Positions 32,928-44,935 of a stretch of 64,000 bases of DNA are shown in pieces; the stretch's first letter is position 1, and each line of letters begins with the position of its first letter. This stretch comes from Macrostomum lignano (lineage: Eukaryota). Under the pieces are notes generated by a model, which was given only the letters and a program-made list of their open reading frames with translations, ran no database searches and was not told the origin of the DNA. The translations under genes and the position numbers were made by a program. The stretch lies in contig NIVC01000982.1 of assembly GCA_002269645.1 (NCBI GenBank), forward strand, positions 16,791 through 80,790, in the 5' to 3' direction.

Positions 32928-35619
32928 GCTCGACCAGCAGTCGCATTTACACACAGTCTCAAGCCTTTGTTTCCAGGCAGGAGAGGCCGTTCGGAACTCA
33001 ACTGCCAACAATTGTCAAACAATTTTATTTAATATTTAAACTCCCGTTTTTTATTCACCAGCTAAAAGGAAAATTATTTTCATTTTTCCGTTTAATTAAA
33101 CGCACGCCTAATCATAACTGCTTCATTGCTTGTGCATTTGTCACATTTGCTACTTTAAGTAGCCTAATAAGAGTGCGTGCAACGATATTCGAAGGTCCAC
33201 TGTGACTTTATTTATTTCGCGAGAATGATTTTTCTTCAAAATATGCAAGTTTTCTTTTTTGCTTTCTTTATTTTTTTGACAACAGTTGCATAAGACCGCA
33301 AATTCTAGAATAACTAAGCATACCACTTGCAATTAAAGTTATGAAAAAAGTAGCTATAGCCTCTACTCTTTTTCAGTAGTTTGTCTGCGCAGTGTCATTT
33401 CAATTTAATTTTGAAGTTAAAATTTTCTTTCTTTAACCAGGGTTTGTGGCCTAAATGGGGTAGGAATAAACAGAAAACATTTAACTCGATGTACACAAGT
33501 GAATGCAAGACGGACGAAACCCCGTCTACGGCAGGCCTCAGCCAATGTGGCTCAGCCAATGAGAGAGCAGTAAGGAGAGAGGTCAAAGTCAAATGAATGA
33601 AAATCAACCTAGGGACAGGCCCAATGTGGCTCATCCAATGAGAGAGCAGCAAGGAGAAAGAAAAAAGTCTGACATCTTTATTGGCCTGGCTGTGCAACCC
33701 CTTTTCTCTTGCTGGCTATGCACGCACTGTATTTGGTTTTTTCTGCAATCTTCAATATTAGTATATTTGTGTATATAACTGAAGCAGTGAGTATTTTTGC
33801 TTCATATCATACCTCAGCATTTCAGCATCATCTTATACAAGGGAAAGCATTTACAATCTACAGGGGAAGATTTTAAGCTACCTTACACTTCACGTAGCGC
33901 TCTCAATGCTCGGAATGTCGACACTGAAATATTCATGTCAGGAACTACTTAAGACTTGCTTGTAGCCTCGTGTTTGGCATTGTGACGCAATCAATTCCAA
34001 AGAATCCAGACGGCTTTGGGCAGGATGTGGTGACAGTTGTACTTGGCAATGAGAAGCCCAATCGTGCTTTTTAGGGGACTGGACTCAACAAGCATCCTTA
34101 CAGAAAGCGTCTCTTCTGAAGTTTAGAAAGAAGAAAAGAAGAAAAGAAAAGAAAAGAAAAAACTATAGACGACTCTAAAGCGACGAGATGTCACACTAAA
34201 ATTTGCTAAAAAGTGGCCGGAGTCAATTTGAGGCGTTTTTACTGTCTGCGACTCTGAAACCACTCTGGAGCACTACTAAGAGTATAATGACTCTTCACTT
34301 TATGAATTAGAATTGCATTTCGCATTTATAACAACTCTATTTAGTCTACTTGAGTTAGTAGAGATTTAAGCGCAAACACGACTCTTGAATGATATTTTGA
34401 GACTCTTTCGATTCTGAAACTCGCGTGATGCCTCTCAGTTAAATTACAGTCGTTTGAGTCGTTAAAGTGTTAAAAATTCGTCCCAGAGTCGCTAGAGTGA
34501 GTTGCTTGCAATGACTCTTCAGCGATGCTTGTCACGGCTTGTAGTAGCAGTTTTCTAAAATTCAAAAGCCGCTAATTTCTCGTGCTTCAAGAGAATGGAC
34601 CCCGGCTTGCTGCATCAGATCTAGTTCAGTAAAGGAAGGTTCTTTATCAGCGACCTCTAGTTTGTCGAGCATCCAGATGGCCCAGACCATCGAGCAACCA
34701 TCAATACAGGTCGTGCAAATAAGGATAGACAACAGAACAAATATCATTTCCTTTTCTTTCCCAAGAATCTCTTTTTGGCCTCCCGACTATTTGCGCAGAG
34801 GTTAAAAACAAATTAGACGCAGCACCCAAGCTGCCCAAATCGATTTGATGTTGGTCAAACGGCGCCAATCCGTACGCTTTTAGTCTATTTAGTTCGGGGA
34901 ACTTGTAACAGAAGCGAAAATGTTACTGTAAGTAATAAGAATAGATTAGAAGAGTATTTTAAGAGTGTTATTTGAGTCAAAATACAGAAAGCTCGATAAC
35001 ACAGTAAGCAACCAGCTACGACTTAGGTAGGCCGCGTGCGCGCACTGAGCCCCGCGCTAAAACTGTGTTGTTTTGTGAAATTCGAAACCAAACTAGCCAA
35101 GTAAAGATTAAGGAAAAAACAGTTGTGCCGAAATTATCTATAGAAAGCAGCAAAGATCAGGATAGCCTTGGTTAACAATCAATAGAATCACAATATATAT
35201 GCATAGCAGGGTACTCTTACCGAACCGTGCAGTATGGCACAGGTAGCAGACAGTAAGTTACAAATCTACCAATTTTATTTGCTGCATAGGAAATAATATG
35301 AAAAATTAGGGAAAGCAAAAACAGAGATTAATGTTAAAACAGGACAATACCATGCGGCGCAAACAGCAGAGCTGTTAATAGCAAATCCACAGAGCACGGA
35401 GAGGCGTATTAAAACAATTCAATTGCGAAAGAAAAAATCGAGGCAATGCAATAATTAAAAAAATATTTAAATTTGTGTGCCGACAATTGACAGCGCAGGT
35501 ATTGCAACAACTTGAGCTTGTTTCAATAATTAACTGTTTTTAAGTCATAGGTAATCTATAAGTAGATAAATTGAACTGATAAGGAAATTGCAGTAGTGTG
35601 TGAATCATACATACCTGCA

Positions 35620-35923
35620 CTACTACTACTACAAAAAGAAATGATAATAATAATTGATTACACCTGCCCTAATTGGGCCAGATGTGCAACCGACAGCATC
35701 TGAAGGCTGCGTACGGCTGTTCAGTCCAAGGACTGGGGAGTCGCCACGCACACTCTCAATTACCCCAGCTAATGCTGGCACCCATTTTACAGCTGGGTGA
35801 ACTGAAGCAATGCAGAGTTGAGTGTCTTGCTCAAAAACACAAATTATTCCGAGTGGGTCGAGAATCGAACCCCCAACCTTTCAGCCGTGAGTCCGACGCT
35901 CTGACCACTACAACTACAACCTC
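35620..35923 (-). mobile_element. tRNA-derived CORE-type SINE
   Basis: On -: A-box-like TAGTGGTCAGAGC, B-box GGTTCGATTC, CORE-like TTGAGCAAGACACTCAACTC..CTGTAAAATGGG, TAA/TAG tail. Homologous copies at 46815-47105 and 63600-63901. Confidence 0.8.
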
Positions 35924-36223
35924 ATACACTACTGCTACACTACTACTAGAATTTTAGGGTACATTGTGCCGTAATCAAGAAAATGATCAACACTATTTAG
36001 CTAACTTTTAGCTCGTACTACTAAGTAAAAGTAGTAAGGACAAGCACATTTTTAAATGACTAATTATCTGACTAGTTACCTAAACTACAGGTGGCAATTA
36101 CTTAGTTAAATAAAAAAGACAAGCAAAACAAGAGAAAACTTGCACCTCGCAAACCGGCTACTCATTAATATTATTATTACCGTAATTTTTTTATTATTAC
36201 AGTCAAGTTCATCAGCTTTCCTC

Positions 36224-39200
36224 TCATTCAGTCTTCTTACCGTTGCTACCATTAGCAACGTTATTGTTGACATGACCGTTGCCATTAGCAACGTTATTGT
36301 TGACATGACCGTTGCCATTAGCAACCGTATTTTTCTTAGCCAGCGAATAATCCGGCGTGAGCATTGGCGAATAGCGCAGCCTCACAGCTTCATCAATGTC
36401 AATGTCGCCATTGACAGCGGCGGCAGCGGCGGCAGGCAGTTCGGAGGCGCCAGGCCGCTTGACCCGGGAGTAGGGCCCGATCTCGGGGTCGGTGATAAAG
36501 TCGTAAAGCACGCGGGTCCACGAGCGATGGCAGGGCAGATTATCGTACCATTCGGGAGCGATGGCCCTCACCTGTGCGATATCGATTAGTGCAAAAATAT
36601 GCATAATATTGCTTAACAAACAAATTCCCACATGCTCAGAATAAGGACTACTGAAGTTAAAAACAGGAAACCTCATTCTTATAGTTTTGAAGGCCGGTCT
36701 TTTGCAAAAAAGGCACTACAAAGACCATAAAGGTGTTCAATTTTGTTTCAATTTTCCTAGAAACCAAGTTTCCCGTTCTTGTGAATTCGTCCTTGATTTC
36801 AAATGCGAGCTAAAAACTCTCTGATTGAAATTTGCATAAAGATGGAGTCAGATTGCTTCTATACAGCTGTTTAAAATGCAACAATTTGTAACTGGCGACT
36901 GCATGTGGCTCAGCACCTCACGGGGAATTCATTTGACTTTTATCTCTGCCGCTTAATCCTTGAACTGCGGGCCTGGGACACAGAGACACTTAGCAACCCG
37001 CTGTAAACTTGCTATTTATTAAACTGAAAATATGTAGTTTAGCAGCCCTGCGTTTACAAATAACTTTTTCTATTTCAGACGGTTAAAACTGTAGATTAGC
37101 AAAAATAAGAGACAGATACAGTTCAGCAACGGGGGTGGTAGACCAGCAACTGAGGATGTGGGAGGCTGAACCAGCAACTGGGGATCTGGGAGGCTGAACC
37201 AGCAACTGAGGATGTGGGAGGCTGGCCCAGCAACTGACACTCTGGGAGGCTGGCCCAGCAACTGGGGATCTGGGAGGCTGGCCCAGCAACTGGGGATCTG
37301 GGAGGCTGGCCCAGCAACTGAGGATCTGGGAGGCTGGCCCAGCAACTGAGGATCTGGGAGGCTGGCCCAGCAACTGGGGATCTGGGAGGCTGGCCCAGCA
37401 ACTGAGGATCTGGGAGGCTGGCCCAGCAACTGGGGATCTGGGAGGCTGGCTCAGCAACTGGGGATCTGGGAGGCTGGCCCAGCAACTGAGGATCTGGGAG
37501 GCTGGCCCAGCAACTGGGGATCTGGGAGGCTGGCCCAGCAACTGGGGATCTGGTAGGCTGGCCCAGCAACTGGGGATCTGGGAGGCTGGCCAGCAACTGG
37601 GGATCTGGGAGGCTGGCCCAGCAACTGAGTTCTGGCAGAGTTAGATTAAGTGATGCTTTAGGAGTTCACGGTGATATCAACGTAGTGGTTTTTGATTTGT
37701 AAACAAAAATGATTTTCAAAGATTAGGGCAAATCTACCGCGCTGCCAGTGTTTGCCTCATCAATAAATATTAAATATGAAAGACAGTAAACAAAAGCCAA
37801 CGAAATTAAATTACAATTCAGTGCTAAAAAAATGAAATTGCCTAAATAGTCAATATTTACAAGAATGGATAATGCTTCAGATAAATAAAACTTAAAGCTG
37901 CAATGGTTGATAAGTCCAGATCGAGGTTGCGTATTTGATAGTTATTACTGTTTTAGAATCTATATAACTAAATCTGAAAAGTTCCTTATATAAAAGAAAC
38001 TAGCAGCTTACATAGCGGACAGGCATACACAGAAGGTCGTCTCAGCGGAACTAAGGGGGCGGAGAAGGCGGGCTGAAGTGAAGACAGATAGCGGATAAGC
38101 TCGCTGACTGACTCACTGGCAGCAGAGCAGGTAATTATCGGCAAGCATACAGTTGGAAATGATACACATAATCGCATACATATAACGGAAGAAGCCTATA
38201 TAGAGTCACATGATAAAGCAGTGAGACAAGTTCCGGGTAACAAAGTAATAAATAATTAAACAATTAGCAGTAAAAAACTTCTATTATTCGTCACTTACAA
38301 CTTCAGTAGTTTTATAGAACTTCTGATTGGCTCATGCTAATGAGTCATTATCGATTTCTACGCTAGATGGTTTCTGATTGGCTAATGCTAATTAATCATT
38401 ATCGATTTCTATGCAAGATGATTTCTGATTGGCTCATGCTAATGAGTCATTATCGATTTCTACGCTAGATGGTTTCTGATTGGCTAATGCTAATTAATCA
38501 TTATCGATTTCTATGCAAGATGATTTCTGATTGGCTCATGCTAATGAGTCATTATCGATTTCTACGCTAGATGGTTTCTGATTGGCTAATGCTAATTAAT
38601 CATTATCGATTTCTATGCAAGATGATTTCTGATTGGCTGATGCTAATGAATCATTATCGATTTCTATGCTAGATGATTTCTGATTGGCTGAAGCTAATGG
38701 GTCATTATCGATTTCTATGCTAGATGATTTCTGATTGGCTGAAGCTGATGAGTCATTATCGATTTCTATGCTAGATGATTTCTGATTGGCTGAAGCTAAT
38801 GGGTCATTATCGATTTCTATGCTAGATGATTTCTGATTGGCTGAAGCTGATGAGTCATTATCGATTTCTATGCTAGATGATTTCTGATTGGCTGGACATA
38901 GTCTTCAATCAGTTGCTAGGAGACTCCTGACTGGTTCGATCGGGTAATCAATAACAGCTGGTAATCTGTGATTAAAATACATTACGAATAAACAGTCAAG
39001 GTAAATACAGCTTCTCTGCTCACCTTCGGCAGACGCGAGCCGGCCACGGACGGGAAATCGTGATGCTCATTGTGGTAGCCAACATTGAAGGTGATGCAGT
39101 TGAGCAAGCCGTAATAGCTGTAGGTTTCGTAGCCCTTCTTAAACATGTAGTGCTCGGAGATGAAGTGCCCAGCAACCGGGTGAATGCCCAGAGACAGCAG

Positions 39201-40803
39201 GGTGCCAACCACCATATAGACCAGGGGCTTGAATCCTAGAAAGTACACCACCAGAACATCAAAACCGAGCTGTACAGCGATGTTGATAGCCTCCAGCTTG
39301 GTCATGGGCATCGGATAGAGCACCAGCGGCCGAATGCTATAGAATAGCGGCTGCAGGAACAGCCAGATCAGCTTAGTGAAGCTGTTGCAGAACAGCATGC
39401 CCTCCATTCTGCTCGGCAAGTCCATGTCCCGCTTATCGTCACCTTGGTAGCGATGGTGCTCCAGATGATATTTCTTGAAGCTGACGCTGTAGGGAACTCC
39501 AATAGGCAGGTTGGCAAAGATGCCCAGAGCTCGATTGGCCATTGGCCGGGCGTGGCCGAATGCCAGATTATGCGAGATCTCGTGAATGGCCAGCGTCATT
39601 GAATGGTTAATTGTGCCGCCGAGTACGTAGGAGAGAAGCAGCAACTGCCACCAAGGCGGATTCAGCTGGGCGATGGCAACAATGGAGGCCAGCTGGAAGG
39701 CCACCATGCCCAGTACGATCCATTTGAGCCGCGGGTCCGGGCCCATCAGCTCTTTGATCTCCGGGTGTTCGGCTGGACAAAATTTAAGATTTTAGTAAAT
39801 TTTACTGGCAAAATGTTGCACCTGCCTACCTATTAAAATTCAGTAGTATGATGGGGTTTCTTCTGTTGCGGAACTCCGGCCCGCGAAGCTTTTCTATCCG
39901 GCCTCGGGTCCTTTAAAACTTCAAAATATAGCAAACCCGCCCAACGTTTACATCACTTCTCAAGCTCTCTTCTCTCCTCTACTCTCTTATCTTCTCTCCT
40001 CTTATCTTCTCTCCTCTTATCTTCTCTCCTCTTATCTTCTCTCCTCTCCTCTTATCTTATCTTCTCTCCTCTCCTATACTCTCTTCTCTCCTCTCCTCTT
40101 ATCTTCTCTCCTCTTATCTTCTCTCCTCTCCTCTTATCTTATCTTCTCTCCTCTACTCTCTTATCTTCTCTCCTCTTATCTTCTCTCCTCTTATCTTCTC
40201 TCCTCTTATCTTCTCTCCTCTCCTCTTATCTTCTCTCCTTTCCTCTTATCTTCTCTCCTCTTATCTTCTCTCCTCTCCTCTCCTCTTATCTCCTCTCCTC
40301 TCCTCTTATCTTATCTTATCTTCTCTCCTCTCCTCTCATTTCCAATCCTCCATCCTCTCCTCTCATTTCTAATCCTCCATCCCCTCTCCTCTCCTCTCAT
40401 TTCTAATCCTCCATCCCCTCTCCTCTCCTCTCATTTCTAATCCTCCATCCTCTCTCCTCTCCTCTCATTTCTAATCCTCCATCCCCTCTCCTCTCCTCTC
40501 ATTTCTAATCCTCCATCCCCTCTCCTCTCCTCTCATTTCTAATCCTCCATCCTCTCTCCTCTCCTCTCATTTCTAATCCTCCATCCCCTCTCCTCTCCTC
40601 TCCGCTCTCATCTGGCCCGCAGCCATGACACATTCATTGACTTCTATCAATTATTGATAGCAAATTTGAGTAATCTGCAACTTCGATCCAGGATGCCAAA
40701 TGGCACAGCGATGCAACTCACCAAGAATCAGCTTTCGCCTAGTAGCGTGCGGTTCCTCGGTATAAACCCATTCGAAATCGGTTCGCGACACTGACTGACC
40801 CAT
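36224..40803 (-). CDS. DEGS1: Sphingolipid delta(4)-desaturase (DEGS1/infertile crescent ortholog); complement(join(36224-36571,39024-39772,40722-40803)), 392 aa
   Basis: N-terminus [23 protein letters not shown] (myristoylation Gly2); His boxes HEISH, HLEHH, HNEHH; [12 protein letters not shown]; [34 protein letters not shown]; intron phases 1 and 0 are consistent. Confidence 0.96.
37135..37630. repeat. 29-bp minisatellite (DEGS1 intron 2); same family as 18700-19030
   Basis: Unit CCAGCAACTG(G/A)GGATCTGGGAGGCTGGC is the reverse complement of the GIT-intron unit. Confidence 0.95.
38320..38900. repeat. 51-bp minisatellite, 12 copies (DEGS1 intron 2)
   Basis: Unit about TCATTATCGATTTCTATGCTAGATGATTTCTGATTGGCTGAAGCTAATGAG. 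Confidence 0.95.
39860..40628 (-). mobile_element. MITE-like element with a CT/GA-rich expanded interior (DEGS1 intron 1)
   Basis: The CT-rich tract 39965-40605 is flanked by motifs shared with the element at 52725-54037 (one 24/24 match, one 14/17 match). Confidence 0.55.
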
Positions 40804-41299
40804 CTGCAGTTTCGCTGGCTGGCGCGCAGAACACACGAATAAAATGAAACTCTTGGCTGAATGCTTTGAAGACGGTCGTTTTTATTCTTCTCTCTATTTC
40901 GTTCCCGACCTCTTATTTGCGCAGTGCTGAGCAGGGGGCTATTTATATCAGCAGCGCAAGACCAGATAATGTGAAACACATCGGACCATAATTATGAATT
41001 GCCGCACTACAGTGCACGAGAGAAATGCTGTACATGGACTGGCTTAAGGCTATAATAGAATGGACACTTTTATACTCTTTTATCTATAGATATCTAATAG
41101 GCGTGCTATACAAAGTATATCTTTGTGCAATGCCAGTGCACAGAACGCAAGCAGTCGGACCGACTCGGCAGGCGCGACGCAAACTGGTCTAGGCTGATTT
41201 AGTGGCTAAAGACAGAAGTAGAGACTGTAGAGTATTAGAAAAAAGTGGATGGACAGGATCCTGGAGATAAATAGCTCGTAGACAGAATGCTAGAGACCT

Positions 41300-42280
41300 A
41301 GAGACAGGCGGACAGAATCCTAGAGACAGGCGGACAGAATCCTAGAGACAGGCGGACAGAATCCTAGAGACAGGCGGACAGAATCCTAGAGACAGGCGGA
41401 CAGAATCCTAGAGACAGGCGGACAGAATCCTAGAGACAGGCGGACAGAATCCTAGAGACAGGCGGACAGAATCCTAGAGACAGGCGGACAGAATCCTAGA
41501 GACAGGCGGACAGAATCCTAGAGACAGGCGGACAGAATCCTAGAGACAGGCGGACAGAATCCTAGAGACAGGCGGACAGAATCCTAGAGACAGGCGGACA
41601 GAATCCTAGAGACAGGCGGACAGAATCCTAGAGACAGGCGGACAGAATCCTAGAGACAGGCGGACAGAATCCTAGAGACAGGCGGACAGAATCCTAGAGA
41701 CAGGCGGACAGAATCCTAGAGACAGGCGGAGTGGCGGACAGAATCCTAGAGACAGGCGGACAGAATCCTAGAGACAGGCGGACAGAATCCTAGAGACAGG
41801 CGGAGTGGCGGACAGAATCCTAGAGACAGGCGGACAGAATCCTAGAGACAAGCGGACAGAATCCTAGAGACAGGCGGACAGAATCCTAGAGACAAGCGGA
41901 CAGAATCCTAGAGATAGGCGGACAGAATCCTAGACAGACCTAGAGACAGGCGGACAGAATCCTAGACAGACCTAGAGACAGGTGGACAAAATCCTAGAGA
42001 CAGGTGGACAGAATCCTAGACAGACCTAGAGACAGGTGGACAGAATCCTAGAGACAGGCGGACAGAATCCTAGACAGACCTAGAGACAGGCGGACAGAAT
42101 CCTAGAGTGACCTAGAGACAGGCGGACAGAATCCTAGAGTGACCTAGAGACAGGTGGACAGAATCCTAGAGACGGACGGACAGAATCCTAGAGACCTAGA
42201 GACAGGCGGACAGAATCCTAGAGTGACCTAGAGACAGGCGGACAGAATCCTAGACAGACCTAGAGACAGGCGGACAGAAA
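41300..42280. repeat. 22-bp intergenic minisatellite
   Basis: Unit CTAGAGACAGGCGGACAGAATC. Confidence 0.95.
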
Positions 42281-43584
42281 CGGATCATTATCAAGTTTCA
42301 AACGCTACATTTTCTAGGCTAAAAAACTTAATAAATTAACAAAATGTCAAAAAAGTTTAAAGGGCTTCCAATAAGGGAAAAAAGTATAATTACTTAATAA
42401 AACGAATATCTAGAGACGCAAAATTGCAATGCATACAGATAACCAAGGTAAAGGCTAACGCATGTACATTATAGATTGCCATTTTACATTAATTTTACAT
42501 GCTCGGTGCCGAGAGGGCCCAGCCCAACGCAGCGATTGTGCTCACGCGAATGGGGATGGTGAGGATACCCTTTCCCACAAAAAACTCCCCCAATTGCCAA
42601 CAAGCCGCTATCCCCTTAGAAATCAAAACGTACAAAGCAGCGCAAAGAAGGAAAAAAACTGGAGACAAAAAGGCAAAAGCTTAACAGAAAAGAAAAAACC
42701 TGGGAGCTGGGATGCAAAATAAAAAGCAAACAACTTTAGTGCGAAGGGAGAGCAGGCTAAGGCTGCACTCAATACGTTAAACTAGCAGCGCTTAATGGGT
42801 AAAAATGCAAACTGAGGAATCGGGGTAATGGACGACTGAGATAAGGCGGCAAATTTTGAATCAATTACTGGGGAGTTTGCCGTCTCAAGCCGTCGCGCGA
42901 CCAAATTTACTTGTCGCTAGCTAATTCAGGGACTTCTGGCTGGTTGAACTGGACTGGAGAGACACCCTCAGCTAGAAATATATACCTGGACTGGAACTGG
43001 AAAGACACCATCAGCTAGAAATAGATACCTGGACTGGACACCCTCAGCTAGAAATAGATACCTGGACTGGAAAGACACTATTAACTAGAAATAGATATTT
43101 GGACTGGAAAATGACATCCCACCCAAACTAGAAATAGATGCCTGAACTGAATTCCAGACAGTCCAGTTCCAGAAGTCCCTGGCCTGCTACAAACAAATAT
43201 TTACAATACACGCAACCGATCACTGTTGCAAAAGAAAAAAATGAAACATAAAAGAGAAATACCAGGGAAGATAGATGAAGAATGAAACTGCAATTTGGTC
43301 CCATTCGATGCAAAGTTGTAAGTGCTCGATGTTTAGCATGCGAACAAGGCTAGCATATTCCCAACTTTGAGCAGATAATATTGCGAAAATTAATAAAACA
43401 ATTCAACCTCGAAAGCCACCGACAGAGAGTAAATAAAAAAGTAAATTTTATTACAATCTTATAAGGCCGGACAGAATTTGAGAAAGAAATGACGAACTTG
43501 CTCTAATAATAGACCATTCTGGCATTGCTACCTGCGTTTTGTCTGTACTTAAATTGCCTTTAATTGAGTAGATAGTGATAAACC

Positions 43585-44060
43585 TATTAAGGGTGAATGT
43601 ACACTGGGGTGAGGGGTGAGTGTACACCGGGGTGGGTGAGGGTGAATATACACTGGGGTGGATAGGGGTTGAATGTACACTGGGGTGGGTGAGGGGTTGA
43701 ATGTACACTGGGGTGGGTGAGGGGTTGAATGTACACCGGGGTGGGTGAGGGGTGAATGTACACTGGGGTGGGTGAGGGGTTGAATGTACACTGGGTGGTT
43801 AAGGGGTTGAATGTACCTCGTACACTGGGGTGGGTGAGGGGTTGAATCTACACTGGGGTGGGTAAGGGGTTGAATGTACACTGGGGTGGGTGAGGGGTTG
43901 AATGTACACTGGAGTGGGTGAGGGGTTGAATGTACACTGGGGTGGGTGAGGGATTGAATGTACACTGGGGTGGGTGAGGGATTGAATGTACACTGGGGTG
44001 GGTGAGGGGTTGAATGTACACTGGGGTGGGTGAGGGGTGAATGTACACTGGGGTGGGTGA
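43585..44060. repeat. 28-bp minisatellite
   Basis: Unit AATGTACACTGGGGTGGGTGAGGGGTTG. Confidence 0.95.
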
Positions 44061-44654
44061 GGCAGTCTGTACGAGAATGAGATCGCACATCATGGCCTGG
44101 ACGATACCATTTAACAAGTGTCTGGCAATAATTAGCACAAATTAAAACGGTTAAGAAGCAAACAGCACGCAAACTAAGCGCATAAATTAGGTGCTGCAAC
44201 TTAAATTCTTAATGGGCATAAATACAGTCGCTAAGAGGTCAAAACTATTAAAAAAATGATTGCATAAAGTTAAAAAGCTTTATAAAAATAAAATTTGGAA
44301 AATTACAATGATTATTCTATAACTGATTGCACAGAGCCTGCAACTGTGCAGGTGAGCTTACATAACTCAGATGAGCCTAAAACAGCGAGGTTCTTACTTA
44401 CCTCTCTTACTGACTGATTAAACCAACCAAATAAGTAGCTGAAAAAACAGCATTGCTAATTAATCTGGCGGGGTAGCGGCACTCAGGCAATGCAAGAGTT
44501 ATCTATTATAAATATGATAATAAAATCCTTCCGACAAACACCGGATCAAATGAAACGGGATGCGAAATAGAAAGAGGCTGCACTTTAAATAATAAAAGTA
44601 GAGCGATTCGGTTCCTGGGAGACCAGGTTAAACGGACTGAAACCGCTTGTTCTT

Positions 44655-44850
44655 AACGGCAGCGTGGCCCGCTGTACCCTCTATCGGTGTGGTCCTCCGG
44701 GTGGGGCGGCCCGCTGTTCCCTCTATCGGTGTGGTCCTCCGGGTGGGGCGGCCCGCTGTTCCCTCTATCGGTGTGGTCCTCCGGGTGGGGCGGCCCGCTG
44801 TACCCTCTATCGGTGTGGTCCTCCGGGTGGGGCGGCCCGCTGTTCACTCT
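44655..44850. repeat. 42-bp repeat, about 4.5 copies
   Basis: Unit GCGGCCCGCTGTTCCCTCTATCGGTGTGGTCCTCCGGGTGGG. Confidence 0.9.
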
Positions 44851-44935
44851 ATCGCTAGTTGCTTAACTGAATCCCCTAATAGAAAATGCTGTCTACGCAA
44901 CAGGAAGTTCCTGTCAGATCAAATGAATCGCAAAT

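Noticed and set aside
26232-40803. ETNK and DEGS1 as a lipid-metabolism gene cluster
   Set aside because: They are convergent, separated by the RING gene, and share no visible regulatory element; adjacency could be chance.
43480-44200. Possible exon pieces flanking the 28-bp array on the minus strand
   Set aside because: No consistent acceptor-donor pair or protein similarity; the ORFs are repeat-driven.
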